From an uncultured Prevotella sp. (lineage in GTDB: Bacteria > Bacteroidota > Bacteroidia > Bacteroidales > Bacteroidaceae), in the NCBI GenBank assembly GCA_946534285.1, contig CAMNCJ010000007.1, positions 23,219 to 87,218 of the forward strand: DNA of 64,000 bases, given 5' to 3'. Below are positions 17,814-28,281 of this stretch, piece after piece. The translations under genes were made by a program, and so were the position numbers. The notes beneath the pieces are model-generated. The model was not told where the DNA came from. It did no database searches and saw only the letters and a list, made by a program, of their open reading frames with translations. The stretch's first letter is position 1; each line of letters starts with the position of its first letter.

Positions 17814-18533
17814 TTAAATATCAGAAGACTCTATGATGTTTCGCACCGCCTTTACCCTGCTTTTAGATAATGTGCCTTTCAAGAAATAGTTGACAAAGCG
17901 AATGCTGTGGGTATCGGTACAGCAGAGGTCATAAAAACCATTGTCTAACAACATCTCTGCTTTTTGCTGGACTTTTTTACCATAGGCACCCACCAACGAA
18001 GGAACGTTCAACTGGAAGAGTATGCGTTGATCCTTCAAACGCTTATAGTCAGCAGATTCCATATAGTTATATCGCTCCGGATGGGCGAGAACCACATAAA
18101 AACCTTTGGCCAGCACGTCATGGATGGACTCATCCATGTCATAGGGGGGATTGAAATAGGAGGTCTCCACCAACAAATGGTTTCCTTGCTGTCCCAAAGG
18201 AAGGAGGTTGTCGTTAGCGAGTCGTTCTTTCAAGACATTGTCAATCATATTCTCGGCAGCCAGATGGAGTCTGATGCTGCCGTGATACTGACTTTTCAAT
18301 TCTTCAAAACACGACCTCAGGGTGTCCGGCTCATTGGGAATGTCTTCCATGATGTGAGGCGTCAGCCACACTTCACTGACATGTTGCTGTTCCCACAAGT
18401 CAAGAATGGAAAGCGTCTCACTGATTATCTGCACACCGTCATCCACTCCAGGAAGGAGGTGACAGTGAAAATCAACGAAGCCATCCAACAAACCGCTGTC
18501 GGCTATCGACACCTTGCTACTAAATGGCCACAT
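17814..18533 (-). CDS. PHP-family (CpsB/CapC-type) tyrosine-protein phosphatase
   Basis: DFHCHLLPGVDDG, TPH, LAHPERY, TDTH. Confidence 0.92.
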   Translation of the reverse strand: MWPFSSKVSIADSGLLDGFVDFHCHLLPGVDDGVQIISETLSILDLWEQQHVSEVWLTPHIMEDIPNEPDTLRSCFEELKSQYHGSIRLHLAAENMIDNVLKERLANDNLLPLGQQGNHLLVETSYFNPPYDMDESIHDVLAKGFYVVLAHPERYNYMESADYKRLKDQRILFQLNVPSLVGAYGKKVQQKAEMLLDNGFYDLCCTDTHSIRFVNYFLKGTLSKSRVKAVRNIIESSDI

Positions 18534-18539
18534 GTCAGA

Positions 18540-20963
18540 CTATTCCTCTTCGTGAGTATAAGAGCCGTAGCCCTTTCCATAGCCATAGCCATAACCATAG
18601 CCGTGGCGATGATAACCATAGCGACCAGTAGCAATCTCAGAACCGTTAAGCACCAATCCCATGTTCTTGAGTTTCTTGTCAGTGTAATAGCCTTCGATGG
18701 TCGGTATCATTTCTTTGCTTAACAAGCCAGTACGTATCACGAAGATGGTCATATCTGCCTGATCAGCAATGATGGCCGTGTCGGCAACGATATCAACCGG
18801 TGCACTGTCAAGGAAAATATAGTCGTACTGTTCACGCAAATCGGCAATCAGTTCTTCCAGTCTACCGTTAGACAGCAATTCTGCAGGGTTCGGCGGAATG
18901 GTACCACAGGGAAGGATATCCAACCGCGGACAGTCAGCACTATTGACAATCATCTTCTTCCAGTCTGTCTCCTGACCAGAGAGATAATTAGCAACACCCC
19001 TTGTCTTGGTACCTACATTGAGATAACGTCCTACAGAACCCTTTCGGATATCCAAGTCGAGCACGATGACTTTCTTGTCTTTCAAGGTAAACGAAGAGGC
19101 CAAGTTGATGGTGACGAATGTCTTTCCACTGCCAGGGTTGATAGATGTGACCATGAACACCTTGGCGTTGTCGTAACTGTTAGACATAAACTCGACATTG
19201 GTACGCACCACTCTGAATGCCTCGTTGATCATATTGCGTTTCTTGGCCTGTACTAAAATCTTACCTTCTGCCTCTAAGCGCTTCTTCTTGTCACCATAAA
19301 GAGGAATCTCTCCGATGAACGGAATGGAGACATTCTCAATATCTTTCTTTCCACGGATCTTGGTATCAAGACTCTCCACAATGTAAACGATGGCGGCAGG
19401 AATAGCCAAACCCAGCAGCAATGCCACCAACCAGATATTGCGGCGCACAGGTGCTGTAGGACGACGGCTTCCCATCGGAGGCGTAACGATACGGGTATTG
19501 TATGCCGTAAAGGCCTGCGACAACTGGTTTTCTTCACGTTTCTGTAAGAGATAAATATACAGGGCCTCCTTCACTTTCTGCTGGCGCTCAACAGAAAGCA
19601 ACTGCTTGGCCTGAATCGGGCTGGAAGCAATTTGGGCTGTGTTCTGATTCGCCTTTGCCTGCATACCGTTGATCTGAATGCGCACCTGATTGATGGTATT
19701 GTTCAATGAACCACTGACAGCAGTGCGCAAGGTGGCCAGTTGCTGATCCAGGTCTTTTACCAACGGGTTGCCTTCGCTACTGCTGGATGCCAGGTTATTA
19801 CGCTGCATCTGAAGTTCGTTGAACTTGGAAATCTGCGATTCCAGTCCTGCATTGTGTGACAGCATGCCTGACGGCAGCAACTGATTCTTCTTGGTGTTGT
19901 CCATCAATTGCTCCCTGATGAAAGTGAGCATGTACAATTGATTGTTGAGGTTCAGAAGTTCGTTGTTGGCCTGATTTGCATTGGTCATATACATTTTGGC
20001 GGCTTCTGACACATCAGGAACCAAATTGCGGCTCTTATATGAAGAAATGTCACTATCGACATTGCCCAATTCTTTTTCAATTACACTCAGACGCTCAGTA
20101 ATAAACCGGGAGGTACTAAGAGCAATCTGGTTCTTATCGTCCATCCATCCTTCCTGATACACTTTGATAATCATATTCAAGATATCCTCAGCACGCTGCA
20201 TCGATACATCATCATATTTCAAAGTGATGACAGAGGCCGTCTTACTGGTGAAGAATGCATCGAACTTGCTTTTACAAATCTGCGTTGCCGACAAAATGGA
20301 AGTTCGTACGATATTGATATCCAAGTCACCCTTCAACTTCGCATAAGCAGGGGTCGTGCTTATATAAAGTCGGCCGACAGGCGTCTTCATCGTTGTGTTC
20401 AACTTGCCAGAAACAGAGCCTTCCAAATCATATCCATTCTTGGAGAAGCCATCCATTTCGAAGGTTCCGTCTTTTTTTATCTTCACGTCAAAAGACACGA
20501 AATCATCGTCTTTGAGATTTGCAAAAGTAATCTTAATGGGATTTCTGTCGCCATAGAGCGTGTAATCACGATAACCGGGAACGGTATAGTTCACATCCAG
20601 ATTCATGCGGCGCACCACTTCCATGAGAAGGGCCGGAGATTTCATCACGATCAACTCGTTGGAAACGCTGGAAGATGCTGAGAATATACCCATCTCAGAA
20701 AGACCGCTGAGTTCGCTACTAAGCGAGCCCCCTCCACCCTTGGTGTTCTTAATCAGCACTTCTGCTGAACGCGTATAAATGGGTTGTTTCTTGGCTAAAT
20801 AGAGTCCGGCAAGAATCAATGCGATGATAACAGACAGAACAAACCATTTCCAGCGGAACAAACATGCCAACAGGAAATCTTTGATTGTCATGTTCACATT
20901 TGCCTGAGTATCATGTGTATTGGAATTCTCTTTATTTATTGCTGTAGGTATTGTGGTTTCCAT
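18540..20963 (-). CDS. wzc: Wzc polysaccharide co-polymerase / BY-kinase, copy 1
   Basis: Two TM segments, Walker A PGSGKT, DLDIRK, YDYIFLDSAP, C-terminal YGYGYG cluster (8 Tyr). Confidence 0.95.
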   Translation of the reverse strand: METTIPTAINKENSNTHDTQANVNMTIKDFLLACLFRWKWFVLSVIIALILAGLYLAKKQPIYTRSAEVLIKNTKGGGGSLSSELSGLSEMGIFSASSSVSNELIVMKSPALLMEVVRRMNLDVNYTVPGYRDYTLYGDRNPIKITFANLKDDDFVSFDVKIKKDGTFEMDGFSKNGYDLEGSVSGKLNTTMKTPVGRLYISTTPAYAKLKGDLDINIVRTSILSATQICKSKFDAFFTSKTASVITLKYDDVSMQRAEDILNMIIKVYQEGWMDDKNQIALSTSRFITERLSVIEKELGNVDSDISSYKSRNLVPDVSEAAKMYMTNANQANNELLNLNNQLYMLTFIREQLMDNTKKNQLLPSGMLSHNAGLESQISKFNELQMQRNNLASSSSEGNPLVKDLDQQLATLRTAVSGSLNNTINQVRIQINGMQAKANQNTAQIASSPIQAKQLLSVERQQKVKEALYIYLLQKREENQLSQAFTAYNTRIVTPPMGSRRPTAPVRRNIWLVALLLGLAIPAAIVYIVESLDTKIRGKKDIENVSIPFIGEIPLYGDKKKRLEAEGKILVQAKKRNMINEAFRVVRTNVEFMSNSYDNAKVFMVTSINPGSGKTFVTINLASSFTLKDKKVIVLDLDIRKGSVGRYLNVGTKTRGVANYLSGQETDWKKMIVNSADCPRLDILPCGTIPPNPAELLSNGRLEELIADLREQYDYIFLDSAPVDIVADTAIIADQADMTIFVIRTGLLSKEMIPTIEGYYTDKKLKNMGLVLNGSEIATGRYGYHRHGYGYGYGYGKGYGSYTHEEE

Positions 20964-20973
20964 AACTAAATGC

Positions 20974-21771
20974 TTATTTCAATCTGTTAATCAACGAGAC
21001 AAGTGAAATTATAATCGAGGAAATAGAAATCCAGAAAGAAGTAGACTGGAATGTATTTCCATTGACTTTCGATTGTCGTTTACGGTAATCATTGGGTACC
21101 ACATATACCACATCGTTTTGCTGGAGATAATAGGCAGGAGAGTTCAGCAGTTCCCTGCCATTGAGCATACTAACGACATGAGTGGTCTGCTTGCCATCCA
21201 CAGTGCGGAGCACATACACGCTATCACGCATTCCATGCAGCGTCAGGTCGCCAGCCTGCGCCAAAGCCTCCGGTAAGGTAACCCGATCCTGTCCAAATGA
21301 GTATTCACCAGGTTTTCCCACTTCACCCATTACTGAATAATGAAGGTTTAAGAATTCGACCGTTACAACTACATCGCGGGCCAAATCCTTTTCCTCTATG
21401 GTCTTTTTGACATACTCTGCCACCTCTTCCCTGCTCATTCCTGCAATATGCAACTTACCGGCCATGGGGAAGTCGATGTCTCCATGACGGTCGATGGTAT
21501 ACCCCGACATACCGCGGTTTGTCCTGTCACCAGTATATCCAACCACCTGAGATGACACAGGCAAATTCAACAGATTGGAAATTTCACTGTTTTTGCTCTT
21601 TACGACAATAGAGATTTTATCACCTTCCTTGAGTTTAATCCCGGCCTGGCTCGTAATGGTGTTCACCTGACCGTCTTTTAAGTCTTGAAAATAACTCACA
21701 TTGGAAGGCACCTTACACGAAGCCACCAACACTGAGGCGATGGCAAATGTGATTAACCTATTATATTTCAT
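20974..21771 (-). CDS. wza: Wza polysaccharide export outer-membrane lipoprotein
   Basis: Lipobox VASC, GDKISI, G.IDFP..G, VMGEV..PG, ALAQAGDL. Confidence 0.92.
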   Translation of the reverse strand: MKYNRLITFAIASVLVASCKVPSNVSYFQDLKDGQVNTITSQAGIKLKEGDKISIVVKSKNSEISNLLNLPVSSQVVGYTGDRTNRGMSGYTIDRHGDIDFPMAGKLHIAGMSREEVAEYVKKTIEEKDLARDVVVTVEFLNLHYSVMGEVGKPGEYSFGQDRVTLPEALAQAGDLTLHGMRDSVYVLRTVDGKQTTHVVSMLNGRELLNSPAYYLQQNDVVYVVPNDYRKRQSKVNGNTFQSTSFWISISSIIISLVSLINRLK

Positions 21772-21816
21772 ATATCCAGTTTGTTGTTTCGTTTGTTAAT
21801 AAATCATTTTAGGCTG

Positions 21817-21905
21817 CAAAGGTAGTTATTTTTTCGCAAACAACATCGGATTTAATGAAAAAGTTTCTAAATTGTTTCTCAAATCAGATTTTATTACTAC
21901 TTTTG
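21817..21905. promoter_or_regulatory. Divergent -7 boxes for wza (minus) and kdsA (plus)
   Basis: TACCTTTG on minus at 21817-21824; TACTTTTG on plus at 21898-21905. Confidence 0.55.
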
Positions 21906-21942
21906 CACGTCATTGGAAACAACAATTACAACAGAGAATCAA

Positions 21943-22713
21943 ATGAAACGGAAACACATTGACAATCCTATATTGATAGCCGGTCCTTGCGTCATAGAAT
22001 CAGCCGAACTGCTCGACATCGTGGCAGAAGAACTGGTGCGCATCAACCAGAAACTCCACACAGACATTATTTTCAAAGCATCCTTTGACAAGGCCAACCG
22101 CACCAGCATTCACTCGTTTCGAGGCCCGGGAATGGAGAAGGGATTGCAGATGCTGGCAGACGTGAAAAGCCGTTACGGACTGAAAATACTGACGGACATA
22201 CACGAAAGCCATCAGGCAAAGGCCGTCGGCGAAGTGTGCGACGTGATTCAAATACCCGCATTTTTATGCAGGCAGACAGACCTTTTGGTGGCAGCAGCCA
22301 GCACAGGCCGGATTGTCAACATCAAAAAAGCCCAGTTTCTGAGTGGAAAAGACATGAGGTATCCCGTGGAAAAAGCCAAAGATGCCGGTGCGAAAGAGGT
22401 ATGGCTGACAGAACGCGGCAACTGTTTCGGATACAACAACTTAGTTGTGGATTTCAGAAACATTCCTGACATGCTGGACATTGTCCCCACCGTGATCATG
22501 GACTGTACACATTCTGTACAACGCCCAGGCAGCGGCAGTGGAAAAACAGATGGAGACCGCCGGTTTGTTCCTTGCATGGCAAAGGCCGGAAAGGCGTTCG
22601 GTGCAACGGGATATTTCTTTGAGGTACACCCGGATCCCGACAAAGGATTGAGCGATGCGGCAAACATGATGGAACTGGCCCGTCTGGAATCGCTCATAGA
22701 AGAGTTATTATAA
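21943..22713 (+). CDS. kdsA: 3-deoxy-8-phosphooctulonate (KDO8P) synthase
   Basis: IAGPCVIES, FKASFDKANRTS, IQIPAFLCRQTDL, ERG..FGY, EVHPDP. Confidence 0.96.
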   Translation: MKRKHIDNPILIAGPCVIESAELLDIVAEELVRINQKLHTDIIFKASFDKANRTSIHSFRGPGMEKGLQMLADVKSRYGLKILTDIHESHQAKAVGEVCDVIQIPAFLCRQTDLLVAAASTGRIVNIKKAQFLSGKDMRYPVEKAKDAGAKEVWLTERGNCFGYNNLVVDFRNIPDMLDIVPTVIMDCTHSVQRPGSGSGKTDGDRRFVPCMAKAGKAFGATGYFFEVHPDPDKGLSDAANMMELARLESLIEELL

Positions 22714-22768
22714 CTCCCGACAGCAGCAGAACAATATTTTGACAATTATCCATAGATATCATATAAAT

Positions 22769-23719
22769 ATGTTTAGAATACTCGACACAGCAGCCCAATG
22801 TTTCAGAGACGAGGCAAATGCCATTCTCGGACTCCAGTCGCAACTGGATGAAAACTTCAGCAAGGCCGTTGACCTGATGTATCATTGCAAAGGGAAGATT
22901 ATTGTTACCGGCGTGGGAAAGAGCGGACATATAGGGGCAAAGATTGCCGCAACCCTCTCAAGCACAGGCACGCCGTCGTTTTTTGTCAACCCGCTGGATG
23001 TGTATCACGGCGACTTGGGCGTGATGACTCACGAAGATGTGATTATCGCCATCAGCAACAGCGGACAGACAGACGAGTTGCTCAGATTCATTCCCATGGT
23101 GCTGCACATGGATATTCCGATCATTGCCATTACGGGAAACAAAGACAGTCTGCTCGTGAAGTATTCAACCGTGCATCTGAACACCAAGGTTCCCAAAGAA
23201 GCATGCCCGCTTAACCTGGCACCTACCAGCAGCACCACGGCCCAATTGGTGATGGGCGATGCCCTGGCCATTGCGTTGATGCAACTGAGACATTTCGAAC
23301 CGAAAGACTTTGCGCAATTCCATCCCGGAGGAGAACTGGGCAAACGTCTGCTCACAACGGCACAAGACGTTATGCGCTCCAACGACTTGCCAGTGATTCC
23401 GAAAGAAATGCATCTGGGTGAGGCCATCATTCATGTGAGCAAAGGGAAGTTAGGACTGGGCATTTCCCTGAAAGACAATCGGGTGACAGGTCTGATTACC
23501 GACGGTGACATCCGCCGTGCCATGGAGAAATGGCAGGCACAATTCTTCAACAAGACCGTCTCTGACATCATGACCACAGAACCCAAATGCGTGCTGCCTA
23601 CAACAAAAATCACAGAAATACAGAAGATTATGCATAAATACAAGATACATACCGTCTTGGTGGTTGACGAGGAAAAGCATCTGTTAGGAGTGGTTGATCA
23701 TTATTCGTGTATGGTATAG
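22769..23719 (+). CDS. kdsD: Arabinose-5-phosphate isomerase, KpsF/GutQ family (SIS + CBS)
   Basis: GVGKSGHIG.KIAATLSSTGTP, EACPLNLAPTSST, HPGG.LG, CBS pair. Confidence 0.95.
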   Translation: MFRILDTAAQCFRDEANAILGLQSQLDENFSKAVDLMYHCKGKIIVTGVGKSGHIGAKIAATLSSTGTPSFFVNPLDVYHGDLGVMTHEDVIIAISNSGQTDELLRFIPMVLHMDIPIIAITGNKDSLLVKYSTVHLNTKVPKEACPLNLAPTSSTTAQLVMGDALAIALMQLRHFEPKDFAQFHPGGELGKRLLTTAQDVMRSNDLPVIPKEMHLGEAIIHVSKGKLGLGISLKDNRVTGLITDGDIRRAMEKWQAQFFNKTVSDIMTTEPKCVLPTTKITEIQKIMHKYKIHTVLVVDEEKHLLGVVDHYSCMV

Positions 23720-23757
23720 CACTGCTTTTTCTGTTTGAATATCTTGCGCAATCGTTT

Positions 23758-25029
23758 ATGAAAAAGATACTCTCATCACTGGTTTTCCTGCTTTTGCTGT
23801 CCCCATTCAGCAAGTCTTTAGCACAAGGTTCTGACTCACTGATTGTCAGTCAATTGCGGAATGCTGGCGTTCACTTCTCGACAAACAACAAAGTGACGCT
23901 GCTAATGAACGGACAGGAAAAGTTTGACGACATGTTTGCAGCCATACGTCAGGCGAAACATCATGTGCATCTGGAATATTTTAACTTCCGGAACGACTCC
24001 ATTGCCGACATGCTTTTCGACATTCTGGCCGAAAAGGTGAAGGAAGGAGTTGAAGTGAGAGCACTCTTCGACGGATTCGGAAACACATCGAACAACCAGC
24101 CGCTGAAAAAACACCACATCAAAAACCTACGGCAACGCGGCATTGAAATATTTGAATACAATCCCGTCAGATTCCCGTGGATTGACGACTTTTTCAACCG
24201 CGACCATCGTAAGATTGTGATTATCGACGGCACCATTGCCTATACAGGAGGCATGAATGTGGCCGACTACTACATCAAAGGCACCGACGTAGTGGGGTCA
24301 TGGCGCGACATGCACTGCAGAATTGAAGGAGACGAAGTGAGCACCTTGCAAAAAATCTTCTTGCAAATGTGGAAGAGAGTGACCAAGCAAGACATCTCTG
24401 GCGACCCGTATTTTCCGTCATCGTCCTCACAAACCCATTTCAACGGACTGAAGCCCGACACCTGTGAAACAGCAGGAAGGAAAATGGTTGGCATCATCAA
24501 CCGCGAGCCCAAGGTGACAAGAGGTATCATCCGGCAGTTCTATGTGAATGCCATCAATGATGCGAAAGACAGCATCAAACTGGTGAATCCCTATCTGACG
24601 CTGAACCATAAGTTGAAAAAGAGTCTGAGGAATGCCGTTAAACGCGGCGTGAAAGTGGAAATTATGGTATCGCAGAAGAGCGACATACCCCTGACACCCG
24701 ACTGCGTATTCTATAATGTGCACAAACTGATGAAAAAGGGAGCCAATGTTTGGATTTACAAACCTGGATTCCACCATACGAAAGTCATCATGGTTGACGG
24801 CAGTTTCTGCACTGTTGGCTCTGCCAACCTGAATGCCCGCTCCCTGCGCTGGGACTATGAGGAAAACGCTGTTATTATCGACCGCTGCACGACGAAGGAA
24901 CTTTCGGACATGTTTGACAACGATAAAAAGGACTCTTTTCCACTGACCAAAGACAGTTGGAACAGATGGCGCACGCCATGGAAGAAGTTTGTGGGATGGT
25001 TTGCCCACCTGCTCACACCTTTTTTATAA
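23758..25029 (+). CDS. cls: Cardiolipin synthase / phospholipase D family
   Basis: Two HKD motifs (HRKIVIID, HTKVIMVD) and GSANL. Confidence 0.88.
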   Translation: MKKILSSLVFLLLLSPFSKSLAQGSDSLIVSQLRNAGVHFSTNNKVTLLMNGQEKFDDMFAAIRQAKHHVHLEYFNFRNDSIADMLFDILAEKVKEGVEVRALFDGFGNTSNNQPLKKHHIKNLRQRGIEIFEYNPVRFPWIDDFFNRDHRKIVIIDGTIAYTGGMNVADYYIKGTDVVGSWRDMHCRIEGDEVSTLQKIFLQMWKRVTKQDISGDPYFPSSSSQTHFNGLKPDTCETAGRKMVGIINREPKVTRGIIRQFYVNAINDAKDSIKLVNPYLTLNHKLKKSLRNAVKRGVKVEIMVSQKSDIPLTPDCVFYNVHKLMKKGANVWIYKPGFHHTKVIMVDGSFCTVGSANLNARSLRWDYEENAVIIDRCTTKELSDMFDNDKKDSFPLTKDSWNRWRTPWKKFVGWFAHLLTPFL

Positions 25030-25032
25030 TAT

Positions 25033-27210
25033 TCAAGCCAGCGCCACAAGGTCGCACATCAACTGCATATCTGTTTCATTCAAGCCACGCTCTATCAAGA
25101 AGATACGATCTTTTTTCATTTCTTCCTCAAGAACCAACGTTGAGTCAGACTGCTTTTCACGGAGGAACGAGACGAAAAGAGTCACTGCGCCCGGTATCTT
25201 GCCTGCCAGCCACTGGCAATAACCAGCATTCAGATAGTCGGTTGCTGATTTCTTGTCGGCACCGAGCACCTTTTCATACATCTTTTCCGCCTGTTCATAC
25301 TTTCCAACTCCCATGAGCGACCATGCCAGACCGCGCAGGATGTTCTTAGATTCAGGCTGTTCGTAATGAAGTTGATAAAACAGCCTTGCTGCTTCCTCAT
25401 GTTTACCGGCATAGGAAAGTGCAATCCCCAGATGGATGGCATATCCCTTGTTTTCCGGGAACTTTTGTACCAGTTCTTCATAACAGGCACATGCGTCATC
25501 ATATCGGCATGATTCAAAATAGGAACGTGCCAAAAGTGACTTCGCCCGCTCGTTGTCAGGTTCCATCGACAGCAGTTTCTCGAAACGGGCGATGGCTCCC
25601 TGCACATCCATTTTCACCTCCAAGAGATAAATGCCATTATATAAGACAGCATGAGGATGCTGGTCTCCATCGTACAAGCCTGCAAGCCGTGCAAAGGCTT
25701 CCATGTTCTTATGCTTGCGCATGAACGAACACAAATCGGCAAAACACTCGTCCATGCCAAGTTCAAGATAAACAGGGTTGGCCACAAAGACATACTCGTC
25801 GTTTGAAAACGGATTCAACACGTCGGCGCAACGGTGATGGAGCCGGAAGAAACGATACAGATCCTGTAGATACATCCTCCGGATGAACGCGGCACTGTTG
25901 CTCTCTTCCTGTGGAACGACAGGCCCGAGAGATTCCGCATCGCCCAGCATCTCACGCATATTCTCCGGCAAACGGTCAACAACACTCTCCATGACCAGCG
26001 CAAAAGAATACTTGTCGCTGTCGCAAAAGGGTGCGGAAAGGAGCAGATTATCAAAAAATGAAGAACCTTTCAGTTTTTGCATCACCTTCGTCAACGACGG
26101 ATGATGCTTGCTGAACGGGCGGAACCAGTTGCAGAGATCATAGAAGAACGGGAAGCGCTTCATCTGAGAGAAGCCTCCGAAATAGATGTCCGATCCGGCC
26201 TTTTGCATGTTCATCATCTGCTGAATCGACTGTTCCACCTCTTCCATTTTCTTGTCGGCAGCATCTGGATTGAGAATATCTTCCAAGGAATCGTCTTCTT
26301 TCTCGGTGATGATGCCCTGGCGGTTGATATTGAAATTATTGTTTTTCATCAGCGTGGGGATGATCTCACGCTGAATGGTCTCGGTATCGTTCTCTGCATT
26401 CATGCAAAAGAGCACTTGCTTTTGCATGTCGGCCACTTCTTTCACTGTGGACTTGTCGGCGAACACCTCGTGCAGCAGCCCTCGCAACTGGGCATCCACC
26501 ACGGTCGTGGAATGGATGGCAAACACCCATCCCACCAAGGAACGCTGGCGCAAATGCTCGTCTTCTGCCTTCAGATAGACATGAGCGAGCATACTCACCT
26601 TCTGGAAATCATAGAAATTCATGGCAGAAAGCATAACTGCACTCACCATCACCAGGGCATCGTTTACATCGATGGTGGGGGAAAGCAGCAGTTGCTCGTA
26701 AAACAAACGGGTGCTTTCAGACCACTGCGATGCTGTTACGATGCTGTTGAACATGCGCGACATGGCACTGAAATGCAGGTTATTGATCGTCTGTTCCTGC
26801 GCCCCTCTTTCCTCTTCGGGCGACAGTGAGAGCATGGCCAAGTCGGTAACGTATGATTCGAGTTCGCTTTTCACGGCATCATTTGACAATTCGTCGCCAA
26901 AGCGATGACTCACGGCATCCACAAAGAAAGGCACATTCTTTTTACTATATGCCAGAAGGATGTCCTGAATGAGTTTGAAGACACGTTCCAACAGAATATC
27001 ATGGAGATGTTTCCGTTCAGGATCCACATAGCCGCTACGCATGTAATTGAGCATCAGCCTGTAGTCGTCATCAATGCGATAAAGCGCTTCTGGCGACATC
27101 AGTCCAGGGTTGTCGGCGAGGAAGCGCCGCACCTCGTTGATAGCATACAGCAACTGCCCGTCCCGCACATATTGCAATGCCTCTTTCAGTATGTTCTCTT
27201 TCTGCATCAT
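25033..27210 (-). CDS. Tetratricopeptide-repeat protein
   Basis: 725 aa with C-terminal TPR-like helices (LARSYFESCRYDDA, LAWSLMGVGKYEQA). Confidence 0.8.
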   Translation of the reverse strand: MMQKENILKEALQYVRDGQLLYAINEVRRFLADNPGLMSPEALYRIDDDYRLMLNYMRSGYVDPERKHLHDILLERVFKLIQDILLAYSKKNVPFFVDAVSHRFGDELSNDAVKSELESYVTDLAMLSLSPEEERGAQEQTINNLHFSAMSRMFNSIVTASQWSESTRLFYEQLLLSPTIDVNDALVMVSAVMLSAMNFYDFQKVSMLAHVYLKAEDEHLRQRSLVGWVFAIHSTTVVDAQLRGLLHEVFADKSTVKEVADMQKQVLFCMNAENDTETIQREIIPTLMKNNNFNINRQGIITEKEDDSLEDILNPDAADKKMEEVEQSIQQMMNMQKAGSDIYFGGFSQMKRFPFFYDLCNWFRPFSKHHPSLTKVMQKLKGSSFFDNLLLSAPFCDSDKYSFALVMESVVDRLPENMREMLGDAESLGPVVPQEESNSAAFIRRMYLQDLYRFFRLHHRCADVLNPFSNDEYVFVANPVYLELGMDECFADLCSFMRKHKNMEAFARLAGLYDGDQHPHAVLYNGIYLLEVKMDVQGAIARFEKLLSMEPDNERAKSLLARSYFESCRYDDACACYEELVQKFPENKGYAIHLGIALSYAGKHEEAARLFYQLHYEQPESKNILRGLAWSLMGVGKYEQAEKMYEKVLGADKKSATDYLNAGYCQWLAGKIPGAVTLFVSFLREKQSDSTLVLEEEMKKDRIFLIERGLNETDMQLMCDLVALA

Positions 27211-27213
27211 GCT

Positions 27214-28125
27214 CTACTTAAGCCATTTCACAGCCCTATCGATATCTTTCTGCCGAGGAGAAGAAGCATGCTGGAAATGCATCTTCGGCAGGGCCTTCAG
27301 CGTGCGATCATCAGCCTTTGTAAATTTCTTTACCAATTCTGAATAATGCAGCACACCATATTTATTAATACTGTCGCAGGCACTGTTGTATGCTTTCAGG
27401 AACACCTGATACTGCTTGCTGCGGTGCTGATCCTTCAAATCGTTCTCACGGAAGACCACCGCGCCCAGGCGAATGTCGCGCTGCTTGCTATCCATCAGCA
27501 CCGGATTCTTGAGCAGCCGGGCTGTAGTGGCCTGCGGCTCGGTGAGCAGCATCGCATCCATTTCGTTGTTCAGGAGCATCTGAAGCCTTACATTCGGGTC
27601 ATTGATCTGCACCCGAAACACGTTTTCTGACCTCATCTTCACGCTGTCAACGGCCAAGTCGCCCAGCAAATCGGTTGCCGAGAAACGCGTCATAGCCATC
27701 ATCTTGTCTTCCAACTGACGGATTTCACGAACTCGCGCCTTCCTGTTGCTAATCAATTGCCAATAGGCATTCGTGGCAGTGGCATACCTCAATGCCCTGC
27801 CCTGCCGCTTCATCCGCTCGGCTCTCACCACATCGGTCACACAGCCTTCTATGCTCCCCTTGGTCAGGGCAGCATCGCAGTCAATCTGAGAATTGAAAGG
27901 TTTCAGCCGCACATCGGCACCGAACTTTTCAAAAAGATTCGCCTGCCGCGCCACATAGAGCGGAAGACAATCGAGCGTAGGCAGTACGCCCACCTTCAGC
28001 GCCAGGGAGTCCTCCTTGGCAAGACGTGCTCGCTCGGCCCTGCTCAGCCGTTTCTTCTCTTCCACAGAATCGCCACACGAAGCGAAAATGGCCAGAATGA
28101 TTACGAAAGACAATATTTTTTTCAT
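27214..28125 (-). CDS. ABC transporter substrate-binding lipoprotein (NMT1/THI5-like)
   Basis: Lipobox FASC; LKVGVLPTLDCLPLYVA; EPQAT. Confidence 0.75.
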   Translation of the reverse strand: MKKILSFVIILAIFASCGDSVEEKKRLSRAERARLAKEDSLALKVGVLPTLDCLPLYVARQANLFEKFGADVRLKPFNSQIDCDAALTKGSIEGCVTDVVRAERMKRQGRALRYATATNAYWQLISNRKARVREIRQLEDKMMAMTRFSATDLLGDLAVDSVKMRSENVFRVQINDPNVRLQMLLNNEMDAMLLTEPQATTARLLKNPVLMDSKQRDIRLGAVVFRENDLKDQHRSKQYQVFLKAYNSACDSINKYGVLHYSELVKKFTKADDRTLKALPKMHFQHASSPRQKDIDRAVKWLK

Positions 28126-28226
28126 GTTCAATTCTTGAAAAAAAGGGCGCTCTACGCATGATACAAGAGTCGCCCTTCGGGTCATTATTAATGTGCGATA
28201 TTAGTCTCATGACCTTTTTCACAGTG

Positions 28227-28274
28227 CAAAAGTAATCATTTATTTTGGTATACCAAAAATAATTTGTACTTTTG
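28227..28274. promoter_or_regulatory. Divergent -7 boxes for the binding-protein gene and radA
   Basis: TACTTTTG on minus (28227-28234) and on plus (28267-28274). Confidence 0.55.
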
Positions 28275-28281
28275 TGCTGTT

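Noticed and set aside
17964-18722. Long antisense ORFs (e.g. 17964-18722, 14050-14880, 17030-17725, 26077-26829, 44391-45278)
   Set aside because: Shadow frames opposite well-supported genes, with no recognisable motifs.
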